Positions 1-10,996 are shown, numbered from the stretch's first letter. The stretch is 64,000 nt of DNA from Candidatus Omnitrophota bacterium (GCA_037146775.1 JBAWWL010000001.1:261464-325463), one strand, 5' to 3'. The notes: generated by a model from the sequence alone, not told the origin. A program made the numbers and translations.

Positions 1-779
1 TTGGGTTTGCGCTTAAGGCATTTTTGAGCGGTGCTAAATACCGTATTGGCTTCAGTCAGCATGTCTGCAATGGAACAATCGCCCGTGACTTTTTTAGCTT
101 TTTAAACACCGTGTCGCTGGTTTCTCAAGGTAATGAGAATGAGATTGATGTGAATATGCGTTTGCTTGGAGCCTTAGGGATAGAAGGTAAGGAGTGCAAA
201 CTGGATTTATGGGTTAACGAGCAGGATAAATTGTTTGCCGGAGAGCTGTTTCGCCAGCATGCCCTTACGGATAAAAAAGTATTGGCGATACACCCTTCTT
301 CCAATAATGAATCCAGGAACTGGCCTTTAGAAAAATATGCGCAACTGATTACTTATGTGTTGCGTCATTACGAGGTTAAGATTGTTCTTGTCGGAAGCCA
401 GGCGCACTATGACTTAAATGAAAAATTGTGTGCTCTGGTTGGTGGCGGTATAACCAACATAGCGGGGAAAACCGCCTTAAGTCAGCTCATGGAAGTACTG
501 AGGGGTTGTGTGTTGTTTATTGGTAATGATTCTGGGCCAAGGCACATTGCCGTTGCCATGGGTCTTCCGGCTATAATTTTGTTTGGCCCAACTATCTACA
601 AACAAGTAAGACCGTATACCGAGAATTGTATTGGTATCAGCAAACATCTTTCTTGCAGCCCATGCGATCAGCACAACTGTGCGTGTGCGCGCTGTATGCA
701 ATTGATTACCGTGCAAGAAGTAATCGTTGCCGCAGAGTATTTTTTGGATAAGATAGGGATTAAAAAAATAGATAGCTAA
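1..779 (+). CDS. Glycosyltransferase family 9 (LPS heptosyltransferase-like), truncated at the 5' end by the window edge
   Basis: The reading frame is open back to position 1. The C-terminal GT9 signature is present (VLVGSQAHYDL...LFIGNDSGPRHIAVAMGLPAIILFGPT). Roughly 80-100 N-terminal residues are missing relative to typical GT9 proteins. Confidence 0.75.
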   Translation, partial: GFALKAFLSGAKYRIGFSQHVCNGTIARDFFSFLNTVSLVSQGNENEIDVNMRLLGALGIEGKECKLDLWVNEQDKLFAGELFRQHALTDKKVLAIHPSSNNESRNWPLEKYAQLITYVLRHYEVKIVLVGSQAHYDLNEKLCALVGGGITNIAGKTALSQLMEVLRGCVLFIGNDSGPRHIAVAMGLPAIILFGPTIYKQVRPYTENCIGISKHLSCSPCDQHNCACARCMQLITVQEVIVAAEYFLDKIGIKKIDS

Positions 780-785
780 GAATGA

Positions 786-1697
786 TTGGGGGGTGCATTT
801 GTGAACGAAGATAAATGTCCTTTGTGCGGGAATAAAGAGGGGAGAGTAATTTTTCGTTCCGGTAAATATAGCATACGTAAATGCGCCGGCTGTACCTTTA
901 TGTACACTCTTCCTTTTCCGGGAAGCGAAACGCTACGGATGATTTACGAAGGTCTCTACAAGCCACAGCAGGAAAATGATTTATATAAGCCAGATTTTCT
1001 CAAAGGATATTATCGTGAAGGAATCGAAGCTTTTCAGGAGATATTAAGATATATCGTAACGAAAAAAACAAGAGGAAAGCTTTTGGAGGTTGGCTGCAAC
1101 TATGGATTATTTTTGCAAGAAGCGCATCGCGCTGGTTTTGAGGTTTGCGGCGTAGATATAGTTAATCCCATGGTGCGCTACGTAAGAGAAGTGTTGGGTT
1201 TGGCGGTGGTGCAGGGAAGGTTTGAAGAGGTAACATTCAACTGCGAAGAGTTTGATGTGGTTGTTATGTTGGATAGCCTTGAACATGTCGAGGGGCTTCT
1301 TACTTGCGCCGAAAAAGCATATCGCATCTTGAAAAAAGACGGGATACTTGTCGTTACCGTTCCGAACACGCCTGTGTATCTTTTTAAAAGCCGTCTTATC
1401 TCTCTATTGCCTTTCTGGAATTACGAAAAAAGCGGAAAAGAGTATATTCCCGGCGTTCCCTACAATGAAATGGATTTACCGCTCCATTTGAATCATTTTA
1501 CTAAAAAGACACTTGGTTCATTGTTGAAAAAGGTCGGTTTCGGAAAATTAGATTTTTTTCTTTCTCCAGAAAAGTTTCCTTATGGGCATACCGCGCGTAT
1601 TAATTTGCGCAAAAAGTATATTGCCTTTTCTAAAAAGCTTTTTGCGTTGACTCGAATAAATATACATTCGAAATTGCTGGTTATCGCGGTTAAATAG
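786..1697 (+). CDS. Class I SAM-dependent methyltransferase
   Basis: An N-terminal CxxC...CxxC zinc ribbon is followed by motif I (LLEVGCNYGLF) and CGVDI...VVVMLDSLEHV (Methyltransf_11/23-like). An alternative GTG start at 801 has a GGGGGG Shine-Dalgarno 7 nt upstream. Confidence 0.7.
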   Translation: MGGAFVNEDKCPLCGNKEGRVIFRSGKYSIRKCAGCTFMYTLPFPGSETLRMIYEGLYKPQQENDLYKPDFLKGYYREGIEAFQEILRYIVTKKTRGKLLEVGCNYGLFLQEAHRAGFEVCGVDIVNPMVRYVREVLGLAVVQGRFEEVTFNCEEFDVVVMLDSLEHVEGLLTCAEKAYRILKKDGILVVTVPNTPVYLFKSRLISLLPFWNYEKSGKEYIPGVPYNEMDLPLHLNHFTKKTLGSLLKKVGFGKLDFFLSPEKFPYGHTARINLRKKYIAFSKKLFALTRINIHSKLLVIAVK

Positions 1698-1757
1698 TGA
1701 CCCTTATTTTTTAGTCGCTTATGTAGTAAGGGGATATATTTTATAAAAGGAACACGC

Positions 1758-2897
1758 GTGAAAATATTATTTATAGGCCATGCGTACGTAAGTGCCTGGC
1801 ATCAGGAAAAAATAACCGCACTGACTAATTATAAAGATATAGAGCTTTCTTTGATTACGCCGACTTGGTGGGAGGAGGGTTTAAGAAAAGTCAGCGCCGC
1901 TAAACAAAGCGACGCACCTTTTGATTTCTACTCCGTTAAAGCATTTTTTATCGGTAAACAGTACTTGCATTTTTACCGCGGCCTGTCCAGATATCTAAAA
2001 AGCATTGATCCTGATATATTACATATCGAAGAAGAGCCCAACAGCGTGGCGTGTTATCAGATAATGAAGTTGAAAAAGAGATTAAAGCTGCGAGCAAAAA
2101 CGGTGATGGTGACTTGCGAGAATATTATTCATACCTGGGAATTTCCTAATCCACGATATTTCCTGTATCCTTTCTGTCAACGCTATACCTTGCGTAATTT
2201 CGATCATATTATCACCAGCCCGCAACGCGGCAAGGAAGTTATTCTAAACAAGGGCTTCAATGGCCCGATTACCTACATCCCACAGTTAGGGACAAATCCC
2301 GACAAGTTTAAAAAAATGAATGCGGATAATTTGCGGGAGAAAATCGGCCTCAACGGTTTTACCATCGGTTACGCCGGACGGCTATTGAAAATGAAAGGAT
2401 TAGATACGCTTATCCGTGCATTTGCGAATATTAAACAGTCATGCCAGCTTTTGTTGGTTGGCGACGGCCCCGAGAGGTTGGCATTGGAGAACTTGGCGCG
2501 CAGTTTATCGATAAGAGATAAAATATTTTTTGTAAATGGCGTTTCTCATGAAGAGCTGCCACTGTATTTTAACTGTATGGATGTATTTGTGCTTGCTTCG
2601 GAGCGTACCAAGAATTGGCAGGAACAGTTTGGCAGGGTATTAATGGAAGCGATGAGCTGTGAAGTGCCGGTCGTCGGTTCTACTTGTGGAGAAATACCGT
2701 ATACAATGGCTGACGCAGGATTATTGTTTAAAGAGGGCAGCGAAAAAGATTTACAGTTAAAGCTGGAAGAGGTTATGGAAAACCAGGCACTGCGCAAAGA
2801 ACTTGCGCGATCCGGCCGGCAAAGGGTTTTATCGCATTTTACCCACGATATTATTGCCAAAAAAACATACGAAGTATACTGTGGTTTACTTAAATAA
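1758..2897 (+). CDS. Glycosyltransferase family 4 (GT-B fold)
   Basis: The GT4 C-terminal motif is present (FGRVLMEAMSCEVPVVGSTCGEIPY). The GTG start is preceded by AAGGAA. Confidence 0.8.
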   Translation: MKILFIGHAYVSAWHQEKITALTNYKDIELSLITPTWWEEGLRKVSAAKQSDAPFDFYSVKAFFIGKQYLHFYRGLSRYLKSIDPDILHIEEEPNSVACYQIMKLKKRLKLRAKTVMVTCENIIHTWEFPNPRYFLYPFCQRYTLRNFDHIITSPQRGKEVILNKGFNGPITYIPQLGTNPDKFKKMNADNLREKIGLNGFTIGYAGRLLKMKGLDTLIRAFANIKQSCQLLLVGDGPERLALENLARSLSIRDKIFFVNGVSHEELPLYFNCMDVFVLASERTKNWQEQFGRVLMEAMSCEVPVVGSTCGEIPYTMADAGLLFKEGSEKDLQLKLEEVMENQALRKELARSGRQRVLSHFTHDIIAKKTYEVYCGLLK

Positions 2898-2934
2898 TGG
2901 CGATTGTTAATGCTTTTAAAACATATATCAAAAA

Positions 2935-3867
2935 ATGAATGATTCTTGTAGGAAAAACCCATATGTGTCGATAGTTATAATTGACTGGAAAGGTTCTGGC
3001 TCGGCGTTAAAAAAACAATTGTTAAATCAGACTTTCCAGGATTACGAAACTATTGTTGTGCAGCATGTTGCGCCGATTGCCCGGGCCAGGAATATGGGTG
3101 CAGATATTGCCAAAGGCGACATTGTAATCTTTTTTGATCACGATGTTATTCTCGGTAATGAGTATTTTCTCGAAAAACTTATCTTGCCTTTTGAGCAAAG
3201 AGCGAATGTGGGCATAATCGGACCGCGGCAGTTAGTTCCTGACGGAAACTGGATACAAAATCGTCTCAGGCAGGAAGGTCTTTATGTGTCTACTGCGTGC
3301 ATTGATGTGTTAACGGAGGCACAAGGTATCGGTGGGCCGTGTATGGCCGCTAAAACAACCGTATTCAAGGAATTGGGATATTTTAATGAATCAGTAATAA
3401 GCGCTGAAGACGGAGAAATCCTTTTTAGGTCGATAAAGATGGGATTGAAAAATTATATTGTACCGGATGCTTTTATATATCACCCTTCGCCGTCGACGTA
3501 TGCATTGATGCTGCGCCAGCAGTTTATTTACGGCCGTTCGGTAGCGAGGGTAAAAAGGTTATGTCCGGGATGGAAAGAGGGCGGAGTATATTTTAAGCAC
3601 GTAATCATTATACCGATATTTCTGCTGATACGCACGATACTGTTGCCTGTTGAAGCATGTGTCCCGCTTTCGTTCGCCGCAGGCAAGCTGCGTATTGCGC
3701 CAAGGCTGCAATTCGCGCCCCTTAAGGCGTGTGCGCTTTACCTTAAACATCTGGGGTATTGTTACGAATACGTACGTATCCGGCCGGGATATCCGCCGGT
3801 GCCTGCAATGCGCAAGTTTTCCGTTGAGAAAATTGACGAAAGAAATTGTGTAGTGCGAGAACAATAA
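2935..3867 (+). CDS. Glycosyltransferase family 2
   Basis: The N-terminus is GT-A-like (VSIVIIDWKG...DIAKGDIVIFFDHDVIL, DxD-type), with a C-terminal membrane region. Confidence 0.7.
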   Translation: MNDSCRKNPYVSIVIIDWKGSGSALKKQLLNQTFQDYETIVVQHVAPIARARNMGADIAKGDIVIFFDHDVILGNEYFLEKLILPFEQRANVGIIGPRQLVPDGNWIQNRLRQEGLYVSTACIDVLTEAQGIGGPCMAAKTTVFKELGYFNESVISAEDGEILFRSIKMGLKNYIVPDAFIYHPSPSTYALMLRQQFIYGRSVARVKRLCPGWKEGGVYFKHVIIIPIFLLIRTILLPVEACVPLSFAAGKLRIAPRLQFAPLKACALYLKHLGYCYEYVRIRPGYPPVPAMRKFSVEKIDERNCVVREQ

Positions 3868-3898
3868 TGTTTACAGAAAAGAGGATAGAAACATATTG

Positions 3899-4906
3899 AT
3901 GCATTTTCGTAAAGCCATACCTTCGGTCGTCCGACATCTTCGCCGTACAGGGTATAGAGTGCCGAAAAACCCGGTCCTGGCGGTTAATTATTTTTTTCAT
4001 TGTTATGAAGTAAATCGGCGCAGGCCCATAATGCGCTCCTGGCCGCCCATTCTTGTGGTTGAATCCACCAACTGCTGTAATTTGCATTGTATTCAGTGTT
4101 TGAGGACAAACGCTGCGCTTGCACAGCGCGGTTTTATGTCCTTTGATAGTTTTCGGAAAATTATCGAACAATTTCCGTATCTTATGAGCGTACAGTTTTC
4201 CGGCTTTGGCGAGCCCTTTATGAATAAAGAGTTGTTCGAGATGGTTTCTTTTGTGCGTAAAACTCGCAGGCACTGCCTTACCCAGGTTTTTACCAACGGA
4301 AGTCTTCTGGATGAAGACATAGCTTGCCGGATTATTACTTCCGGGCTGTCCATGGTCAATATTTCTTTGGATGCGATATCGCCTTCTTCTTATCAAGCGA
4401 TACGCAAAGGAGGCGATTTCAATCGTATTGTCGAAAATATCAAAAGGCTGCTTGTACTGAAAAGGAAGTATCGTTCACGAACGCCTGAGGTACGGCTTGA
4501 TTTTTGTCTTATGGATGAGAATCTTCATGAAAGAGGAAAGTTTTTAGAGTTTGCCCGGTCTTTGGGAATATTGCCGGAGGAGGTAAACACGATACGGGGT
4601 GTTTCCTCCAAGTGGGGATATCATTCTTGTCTTGGGACTGAGCGCATTCATGTTGCCGATGGTTGCTATTCGTTCTGGGAGATAGTTCAGATTAGCTGGG
4701 ACGGCTATTGGGTTTTGTGTTGTTGGGAACCTCGCCCAGAAATTATTAATTTTGGCAACATCCTTGAGGTGCCATTTCGGCTGCTGTGGAACAGCCAGTA
4801 TGTTCAGGATGTCAGGAGGAAGCTATACAATAAACAATTCATGAGTTTACCGTGCGACGAGTGTTGTTATTATAAGTTCAAAGAGGATGTAAAAAGAAAG
4901 ATCTGA
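3899..4906 (+). CDS. Radical SAM protein with C-terminal Cys-rich (SPASM/twitch-like) region
   Basis: A CxxxCxxC motif is present (CNLHCIQC), followed by the downstream Cys cluster CYSFW...LCCW...CDECCYY. Confidence 0.7.
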   Translation: MHFRKAIPSVVRHLRRTGYRVPKNPVLAVNYFFHCYEVNRRRPIMRSWPPILVVESTNCCNLHCIQCLRTNAALAQRGFMSFDSFRKIIEQFPYLMSVQFSGFGEPFMNKELFEMVSFVRKTRRHCLTQVFTNGSLLDEDIACRIITSGLSMVNISLDAISPSSYQAIRKGGDFNRIVENIKRLLVLKRKYRSRTPEVRLDFCLMDENLHERGKFLEFARSLGILPEEVNTIRGVSSKWGYHSCLGTERIHVADGCYSFWEIVQISWDGYWVLCCWEPRPEIINFGNILEVPFRLLWNSQYVQDVRRKLYNKQFMSLPCDECCYYKFKEDVKRKI

Positions 4907-4951
4907 AGGTTTACAGAAATAATACAATAGAGATTCTTTAGTTCGTAAACA

Positions 4952-6109
4952 ATGAGAGTATTAATTATCGCATATTATTTCAGTGATTGGCGCGGTGGAG
5001 GCTCGGAGCGCAATATCGCTGATTTAGGCGGTTATCTTATGGCGCGAGGCGACTATTGCCTGGTGGCAGTTCCTTCCACTGCCAGGGTGCAGTTACTCGA
5101 AGAAAGGAATATCCCCTACGTGCGGGTTGACGGTTTAAGGGAAACGTCTTTGCGGAAATTTTGTGTTGTAGTCGCACGTATGGTTTCGATTATCCATGAA
5201 TACAAAATAGATGTGCAGATGATTTTTACCTTTCGGCTGCTTCTGCATGCTTTTTTTGCCTCAAAAATAGCAATATGCAGGAGTATATGTAGAGGAAAAT
5301 ATAAAAAAATACCAGTGGTGGTGAATGCTGCCATGGGCTGGAAACCTTTTGAGCGGTATCTTTTATGGCTTTTCGGTCTTTGCAGCGACAGGATTATTGC
5401 GTTAACAGCGTATTGTAGCCAGCATATGAAGAAAAGCATTTTTACCCGTCATAAAGTAGTTTTGATTTATCATGGTGCTCATGTTGATAAATTTTTTCCG
5501 TTATGGCAAAAGCGGCTGAATGATAGGATGCGCATACAGCAAAAAGAGCAGCAAGTGGTGGGCACGGTTGGCAGGTTTACGGCTCAAAAGGCTATTCATT
5601 TTCTTATAGAAGCAGCCGTTTCTATCGTATCGGAATACAAGGTAAGGTTTTTGCTGGTTGGAGAAGGGCAGGAAGAAGAAAACCTGCGGGCATTGGTCAT
5701 CCGGCTGGGCCTTGGAGAAAAAATTACTTTTATGTCTGCCCGTGATATGACGGATGTTTTGGGTGAAATAGATATTTTTGTTACCACTTCTGTTTCTGAA
5801 GGGATGCCTCAGGCATTAATTGAGGCGATGACCGCCGGCATCCCCGCAGTAGCGACGAATATTCAGGGGCATTCAGAATTAATCCTTGACGGCGTAACTG
5901 GGATATTGGTGCCGCTTGGCGATACTGGGAAAATTGCCGAGGCGATCAAGAGGTTGTTGGCCGACAGGCAGTTGGCTTTTAGAATGGGAGAGTTGGCAAA
6001 CAAAAGAGCAGTAGAGAATTTCAATTTGGAGGTAACGTTTGAAAAAAACCGGCGGTTATTATATGAAGTAACGAACCAACAGCTGCCGGAAGGTGGTAGT
6101 CGGACCTAA
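4952..6109 (+). CDS. Glycosyltransferase family 4
   Basis: The EX7E-type motif is present (SVSEGMPQALIEAMTAGIPAVATNIQGHSELI). Confidence 0.8.
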   Translation: MRVLIIAYYFSDWRGGGSERNIADLGGYLMARGDYCLVAVPSTARVQLLEERNIPYVRVDGLRETSLRKFCVVVARMVSIIHEYKIDVQMIFTFRLLLHAFFASKIAICRSICRGKYKKIPVVVNAAMGWKPFERYLLWLFGLCSDRIIALTAYCSQHMKKSIFTRHKVVLIYHGAHVDKFFPLWQKRLNDRMRIQQKEQQVVGTVGRFTAQKAIHFLIEAAVSIVSEYKVRFLLVGEGQEEENLRALVIRLGLGEKITFMSARDMTDVLGEIDIFVTTSVSEGMPQALIEAMTAGIPAVATNIQGHSELILDGVTGILVPLGDTGKIAEAIKRLLADRQLAFRMGELANKRAVENFNLEVTFEKNRRLLYEVTNQQLPEGGSRT

Positions 6110-6111
6110 CC

Positions 6112-7275
6112 ATGAATATTTGTTTTGTAAGCGGAGCATACCCTCCCCAGCATGATGGCATCGCGGATTACACCGCTCAATTGGCGCATGCGTTATTAAA
6201 AACCAATGACAGTATCCGCGTAAGCGTAATTACGTCGATAGTCCATGTATCTCAGGATACGCAAGGGCCGCCGAGGATTCATCGAATAGTCAAAAAGTGG
6301 AACATCTTTGGTATTGCTGCCATTATTCACTGCGTGCTTAAGGAGCATTTCGATATTGTTCATATACAATTTCCGTCGGTTGAGTATCGTAAGACATTTT
6401 TATTCTGCATCTTACCGCTTTTGTTGCGTATGAGCTGTCATGGGATAAAAGTTGTTTTAACCCTGCACGAATTTTCAGTTTCGCGGCCCATTAATAAATT
6501 GCGTCAATTCATTTTAAGTATATTGAGCCAGCAGGTTATCGTTACTGATCCTTACGAATATGCTCAAATAGTAAAGCTGCTTCCGGCCGCCACGGCCAAG
6601 GTAACCATTATACCCATAGGCAGTAATATCAACACGTGCATGCCAAATGAGAATGTGAGAAGGGTATTGCTCGAGCAATTTGGAGTTAACCTTCAGCCGT
6701 TTATTGTTTCTTTTTTTGGCGTCATCCATCCAGATAAAGGTTTCGAATGTCTTTTAAGGGCACTTGCTCAGCTCGTTCGAGATCCCATCCCCGTACATGT
6801 GCTGGCTATATCCGATCTCGACCAAGCTCACAACGCGTATCATGCCCATATCGTGCGCATGATCGAAACATTAAAAGTTAAAGCTTTTATCTCGATTACC
6901 GGCTATCAAACTCCAGAAAAAGTTTCACAACTGCTTTTTATTTCAGATATATGCGTGCTCACATTTGTTGACGGCGTGAGCCTTCGTCGAGGAACGCTTA
7001 TGGCTGCGTTAGCACATTATAAGCCAATTATCGCCACGCGAGCGCGTTCTTATGTTCCGGATCTTTTGCGCGACAAAGAGAATATTATTCTTGTGCCCCT
7101 GAACGATTGTTGTCAGCTCGCGCAGGCTATCGCAACGCTTTATCGTGATAGCGCATTGCGTGATAAGCTTTCCGCCGGCGCAGCTTCTTTAGCTAAAGAA
7201 TTTTCCTGGGAAACAATAGCCAGTAGCCACAGAAGGGTATATAATAAAATAATTAACGGAAAAACTTTTAAGTAA
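6112..7275 (+). CDS. Glycosyltransferase, GT4-like (GT-B)
   Basis: It is GT-B like in length and layout and abuts the previous gene. The C-terminal sugar-donor domain is weakly conserved. Confidence 0.55.
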   Translation: MNICFVSGAYPPQHDGIADYTAQLAHALLKTNDSIRVSVITSIVHVSQDTQGPPRIHRIVKKWNIFGIAAIIHCVLKEHFDIVHIQFPSVEYRKTFLFCILPLLLRMSCHGIKVVLTLHEFSVSRPINKLRQFILSILSQQVIVTDPYEYAQIVKLLPAATAKVTIIPIGSNINTCMPNENVRRVLLEQFGVNLQPFIVSFFGVIHPDKGFECLLRALAQLVRDPIPVHVLAISDLDQAHNAYHAHIVRMIETLKVKAFISITGYQTPEKVSQLLFISDICVLTFVDGVSLRRGTLMAALAHYKPIIATRARSYVPDLLRDKENIILVPLNDCCQLAQAIATLYRDSALRDKLSAGAASLAKEFSWETIASSHRRVYNKIINGKTFK

Positions 7276-7279
7276 TTCT

Positions 7280-8641
7280 ATGTATACATTCCTTTTGCCC
7301 GCGGTAGTTTTGTTGTATCTAGGCTTAACTTCTAGGCGTCTGATATACGGTATTTACATATTGCTGATACTTATGCCGTATGAGCGCGCGTTTGTCACCA
7401 AGGCATACGGCCTTAATATCAAGATGGCAGAGTGGGCCGGCCTTATCTGCGTAGTTTTTTTTCTTTGGAATTATCTTACCAGACCTCAAAAAAAGATGTT
7501 TCCTTCCTGGGTGTTGCGGCCGATTCTTATTTTCGCTTTTGTAAATATTGTACTGGGCTTATTAGATCTTCCTCAGGTAATGAAATTCACCGAAACGCTG
7601 AATTTCAATTCACCGGGCTTTCGAACCATCAAGGTGGTCTCCTGGTGTGTTTTCTCTATTTTAATAGCTATGGCGACTTGTTATTCGATTAGAGATGCGC
7701 GCGATTTGCGTAACGCTATCGGCTTTTTATTGACTTCTACGTTAATCCTGTGCGCCCTTTCCCTTGTCGCTATGATCTGTAATGTCGCGGGTATTTCATT
7801 TGCAACTTGGACGCTTATAGGCAGGTCCGGTTTTGTCGGTGTAAAAGGGCCATTCAGCGAACCGCAGTATTTTGCTCTTTATTTGGCAGCTATTGTTCCG
7901 ATAGCATTAGTGGTATTTATTTTGCGTGTTTATCGCGTGGGGACGCTTCTGACTATTCTGGGAAGCTTTGCTCTTCTTTTGGCCAACTATTTTTCTTTCT
8001 CAACCACTGGTTTAGCCGGTGTTACCGTGATGATTGTGGCTATCCCTTTTCTCATCAAACATTACCGCCTTGTTACCACCAGTAAAGGTATGCGTTTTAT
8101 GATTATTATCGTATTGTCCATTTATATTATTTTCTTGGTAGGTGTATTTTCTAACGTTGATTTTATAAAAGTAACTATTGCCAACTATTTTGATAAGTTA
8201 GCCAAACAGGATTCTCGTTGGGCCGGCCGTGTTATGGGTGAGAAGATATTCAAAGATCATCCGCTTGTGGGGGTTGGGCCGGGAAACTGGGAATGGATTG
8301 CTTCACAAAAAGGTTATGGTTGGCGGGTCGAAAAAGAAACGTTTGTCAGGCCGTCATACAATTGTCTTTACTGGGAAATATTGGCGGATCTTGGCCTTGC
8401 CGGTATGATTCCTTTTGTATGGTTTTTCTTTAGTTTATTCCGCGCTCTCTCCAAGGGCGTGTGGCGGACAAACGATTTGTTTTTGAAAGCTCTTTCGCTC
8501 GGGCTCATGCTGGGTATCGCGGTGCTTTTGGGTGAATACTATGTTACTTTTAACTTTTATCGTATTCATGTCTGGCCGATATTCGGTATTGCCCTGGCTA
8601 CTATCAGGCTTAGTTTCCAGTCAGGGGTGCATAGGCGATGA
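7280..8641 (+). CDS. O-antigen ligase (WaaL/Wzy_C) family membrane protein
   Basis: It has at least 10 predicted transmembrane segments and a periplasmic loop with the Wzy_C-like signature (WAGRVMGEKIFKDHPLVGVGPGNWEW). Confidence 0.7.
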   Translation: MYTFLLPAVVLLYLGLTSRRLIYGIYILLILMPYERAFVTKAYGLNIKMAEWAGLICVVFFLWNYLTRPQKKMFPSWVLRPILIFAFVNIVLGLLDLPQVMKFTETLNFNSPGFRTIKVVSWCVFSILIAMATCYSIRDARDLRNAIGFLLTSTLILCALSLVAMICNVAGISFATWTLIGRSGFVGVKGPFSEPQYFALYLAAIVPIALVVFILRVYRVGTLLTILGSFALLLANYFSFSTTGLAGVTVMIVAIPFLIKHYRLVTTSKGMRFMIIIVLSIYIIFLVGVFSNVDFIKVTIANYFDKLAKQDSRWAGRVMGEKIFKDHPLVGVGPGNWEWIASQKGYGWRVEKETFVRPSYNCLYWEILADLGLAGMIPFVWFFFSLFRALSKGVWRTNDLFLKALSLGLMLGIAVLLGEYYVTFNFYRIHVWPIFGIALATIRLSFQSGVHRR

Positions 8642-9825
8642 GTAGGCGGTATGTATATACAAAAAAAAGATATGTTTTGCTTTTTTTCATCGTTGATTTC
8701 TTTGGCTTTTTGTTCTACAGGATATTTTCTTTTTTCAAGAAGCTAGCCATTGAAGCGGCCGTAAAAAGGATTGTAGTTGTAGAGTTAGCTCATTTAGGGG
8801 ACGTGCTCGCCATCACACCAGCCCTGCATCTTTTAAGAAAAAAATTCCCCCAAAGCGCGATTACAGTTATCGTAAGTCCTTGGACGAAGGAGGCGATAGC
8901 CGGTAATCCCGACGTTGACGAAGTGTTGGTGTATCGCGCATCATGGTTTGACCGCGAGACTAAAAGGCCATTTTCGTTTCGCGAAACCAAGGCTTTTATT
9001 AAAATAATCCGCGCGAAAGCTTTTGATCTGGGGATTGACTTGCGTGGTGACGCAAGGACTATTCTTTTGATGTGGTTTGGCGGGATTAAAAAAAGAATAG
9101 GGTATGTCTATGCCGGCGCAGGATTTCTCTTAACGGACATTATTCCTTTTGACGTCAATCTTAGGCAGGAGAAGCATCAGATTGCGCATAACATGGCGTT
9201 TATTGAGGCGATTGGCCCACGCGAATCTATAAATAGCGATTTGCGAATGAGAATATTTTTTAGTGAGGAAGACCGACAATATATCAACACATTTTTGCGC
9301 AGCAATGGCATAACAGAAAGCGATTTTTTGCTTGTCGTACATCCTGGCAGCGGGCTTGCTTCCAAATGTTGGCCCATAGAAAGGTTTGCGGAGTTGCTCG
9401 GGCGTATTACTTGCGCGTATCCGGTGAAGATCGTTGTAGTTGGCGGTGCACAGGAAAAGGAGCTTAGTTTAAAATTACGCGTTTTAACAAAAGCCGTTTT
9501 TGTTGATGCGACAGGAAAAACTACCGTAAAGCAACTCGCGGCGCTGATGAGTAGTTGCCGTCTTTTTATCGGTTCCGATTCCGGGGTCATGCATATTGCG
9601 TGTGCGTCAGGCGTTCCTGTTGTTGCTATCTGGGGCGGTCACAATAAGCCGGCACATTGGGGGCCGTTAGTGGAGCAGGCAACGGTTATTCATAAAGAAA
9701 TCGAATGTAGCCCCTGTGGTTTGGCGACATGCGGGCATTTGAGCTGTTTGAAGAATATTACGGTTGACGAGGTCGCCCAAGAAGCGTTCAAGCATATAGC
9801 GAGAGACAAACAGATGCGGCCATAG
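8638..9825 (+). CDS. Glycosyltransferase family 9 (heptosyltransferase-like)
   Basis: The GT9 motifs are present (VVHPGSGLASKCWP...VVVGGAQEKEL...LFIGSDSGVMHIACASGVPVVAIWG). It has an ATGA overlap with the upstream gene. Confidence 0.75.
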   Translation: MSRRYVYTKKRYVLLFFIVDFFGFLFYRIFSFFKKLAIEAAVKRIVVVELAHLGDVLAITPALHLLRKKFPQSAITVIVSPWTKEAIAGNPDVDEVLVYRASWFDRETKRPFSFRETKAFIKIIRAKAFDLGIDLRGDARTILLMWFGGIKKRIGYVYAGAGFLLTDIIPFDVNLRQEKHQIAHNMAFIEAIGPRESINSDLRMRIFFSEEDRQYINTFLRSNGITESDFLLVVHPGSGLASKCWPIERFAELLGRITCAYPVKIVVVGGAQEKELSLKLRVLTKAVFVDATGKTTVKQLAALMSSCRLFIGSDSGVMHIACASGVPVVAIWGGHNKPAHWGPLVEQATVIHKEIECSPCGLATCGHLSCLKNITVDEVAQEAFKHIARDKQMRP

Positions 9826-9850
9826 ACGGTGTAGTCATGCGTAAAAATAT

Positions 9851-10996
9851 ATGAAAATCTGTATTATTAGCGGAACGTTTCCGTATATGCGATGCGGTGT
9901 GGGCGATTATACCTGTTGTCTTAGCTCACAATTAAAAACATACAGCGAATTGTCCCTGCGTATTATTACTTCGCAGTACGAACCATTGCAGGCTATCGCC
10001 GGTGTGCGTATCGAGCCGAAACTGGAGGGATGGAATTTCCGCGCTATGGCTTCGTTGGCAAAATTATTGCGAAAAGATCCGGTCGACATCCTGCATTTAC
10101 AATACCCCACGCAAGCCTATAAAAACAAGTTGGCAATAAACTTTTTTCCATTTTTCTTAAAGTTTTACCGCATAAGCACGCCTTTTTTGGTCACACTGCA
10201 TGATGTGGAAACCGCGCATCCTCTGAATAAGTTGCGCATTGTTCCGTTTTTATTAAGTGCTGGGAAAGTTATTCTTACTGTCGAAGAAGAAAAACAATAT
10301 ATAGAGAAAAGATTACCGTTTCTAAGATCTAAACTTTGCGTGATCAATCTTGGCTCGAATATACAACCCTATACGATGAGCGAGCAAACAAGAGAGGAAA
10401 TTCGAACATCGTTGGGAGTGGCAAGAGACGAAATATTGATATCACATTTTGGATATATTCTCAGAAAAAAGAAACTGGAAGTATTGTTTTATGCCCTCAG
10501 GCGTTTACTTAATGAAGGATATAAAATAAAACTAATCTTGGTCAGCGCTTTTTCTCCAGAAAAAGACAGATATCATAAGACATTGGAAGCTGTTGTCGCT
10601 AAGTTTAAGCTAGATAAAAACGTAATATGGGCCGGATATTGCGCCGAAGAAAAAGTTTCAAAATACTTATTCTGTTCTGATATAAATACTCAAATATATC
10701 CGGACGGAGCCTCTTTTCATAGGGGCAGCTTCCTTGCTGCTTTAAGCCATGGGCTTGCGATTGTGGGCACTAAGGTTAATGCGTTGCCCGAGGGCTTGAG
10801 AGAGGGTGAAAATATACTGACATTTTCTCCGGGGGACATACAAGGCTTGACTAAGGCTATCAGGGCCTTGGCGGAATCGGGAAATCTTAGGAAAGAATTA
10901 GGAAAAAATGCCCTCGTACTTTCCAAAAAGTTTTCATGGGAACAAGTGGCAGAAAAGCATTTTCGTCTATACCAGGAAATATTAAAAAATAAGTAA
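9851..10996 (+). CDS. Glycosyltransferase family 4
   Basis: It has GT-B architecture and the same N-terminal fold as the gene at 6112 (MKICIISGTFPY... compared with MNICFVSGAYPP...). Confidence 0.65.
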   Translation: MKICIISGTFPYMRCGVGDYTCCLSSQLKTYSELSLRIITSQYEPLQAIAGVRIEPKLEGWNFRAMASLAKLLRKDPVDILHLQYPTQAYKNKLAINFFPFFLKFYRISTPFLVTLHDVETAHPLNKLRIVPFLLSAGKVILTVEEEKQYIEKRLPFLRSKLCVINLGSNIQPYTMSEQTREEIRTSLGVARDEILISHFGYILRKKKLEVLFYALRRLLNEGYKIKLILVSAFSPEKDRYHKTLEAVVAKFKLDKNVIWAGYCAEEKVSKYLFCSDINTQIYPDGASFHRGSFLAALSHGLAIVGTKVNALPEGLREGENILTFSPGDIQGLTKAIRALAESGNLRKELGKNALVLSKKFSWEQVAEKHFRLYQEILKNK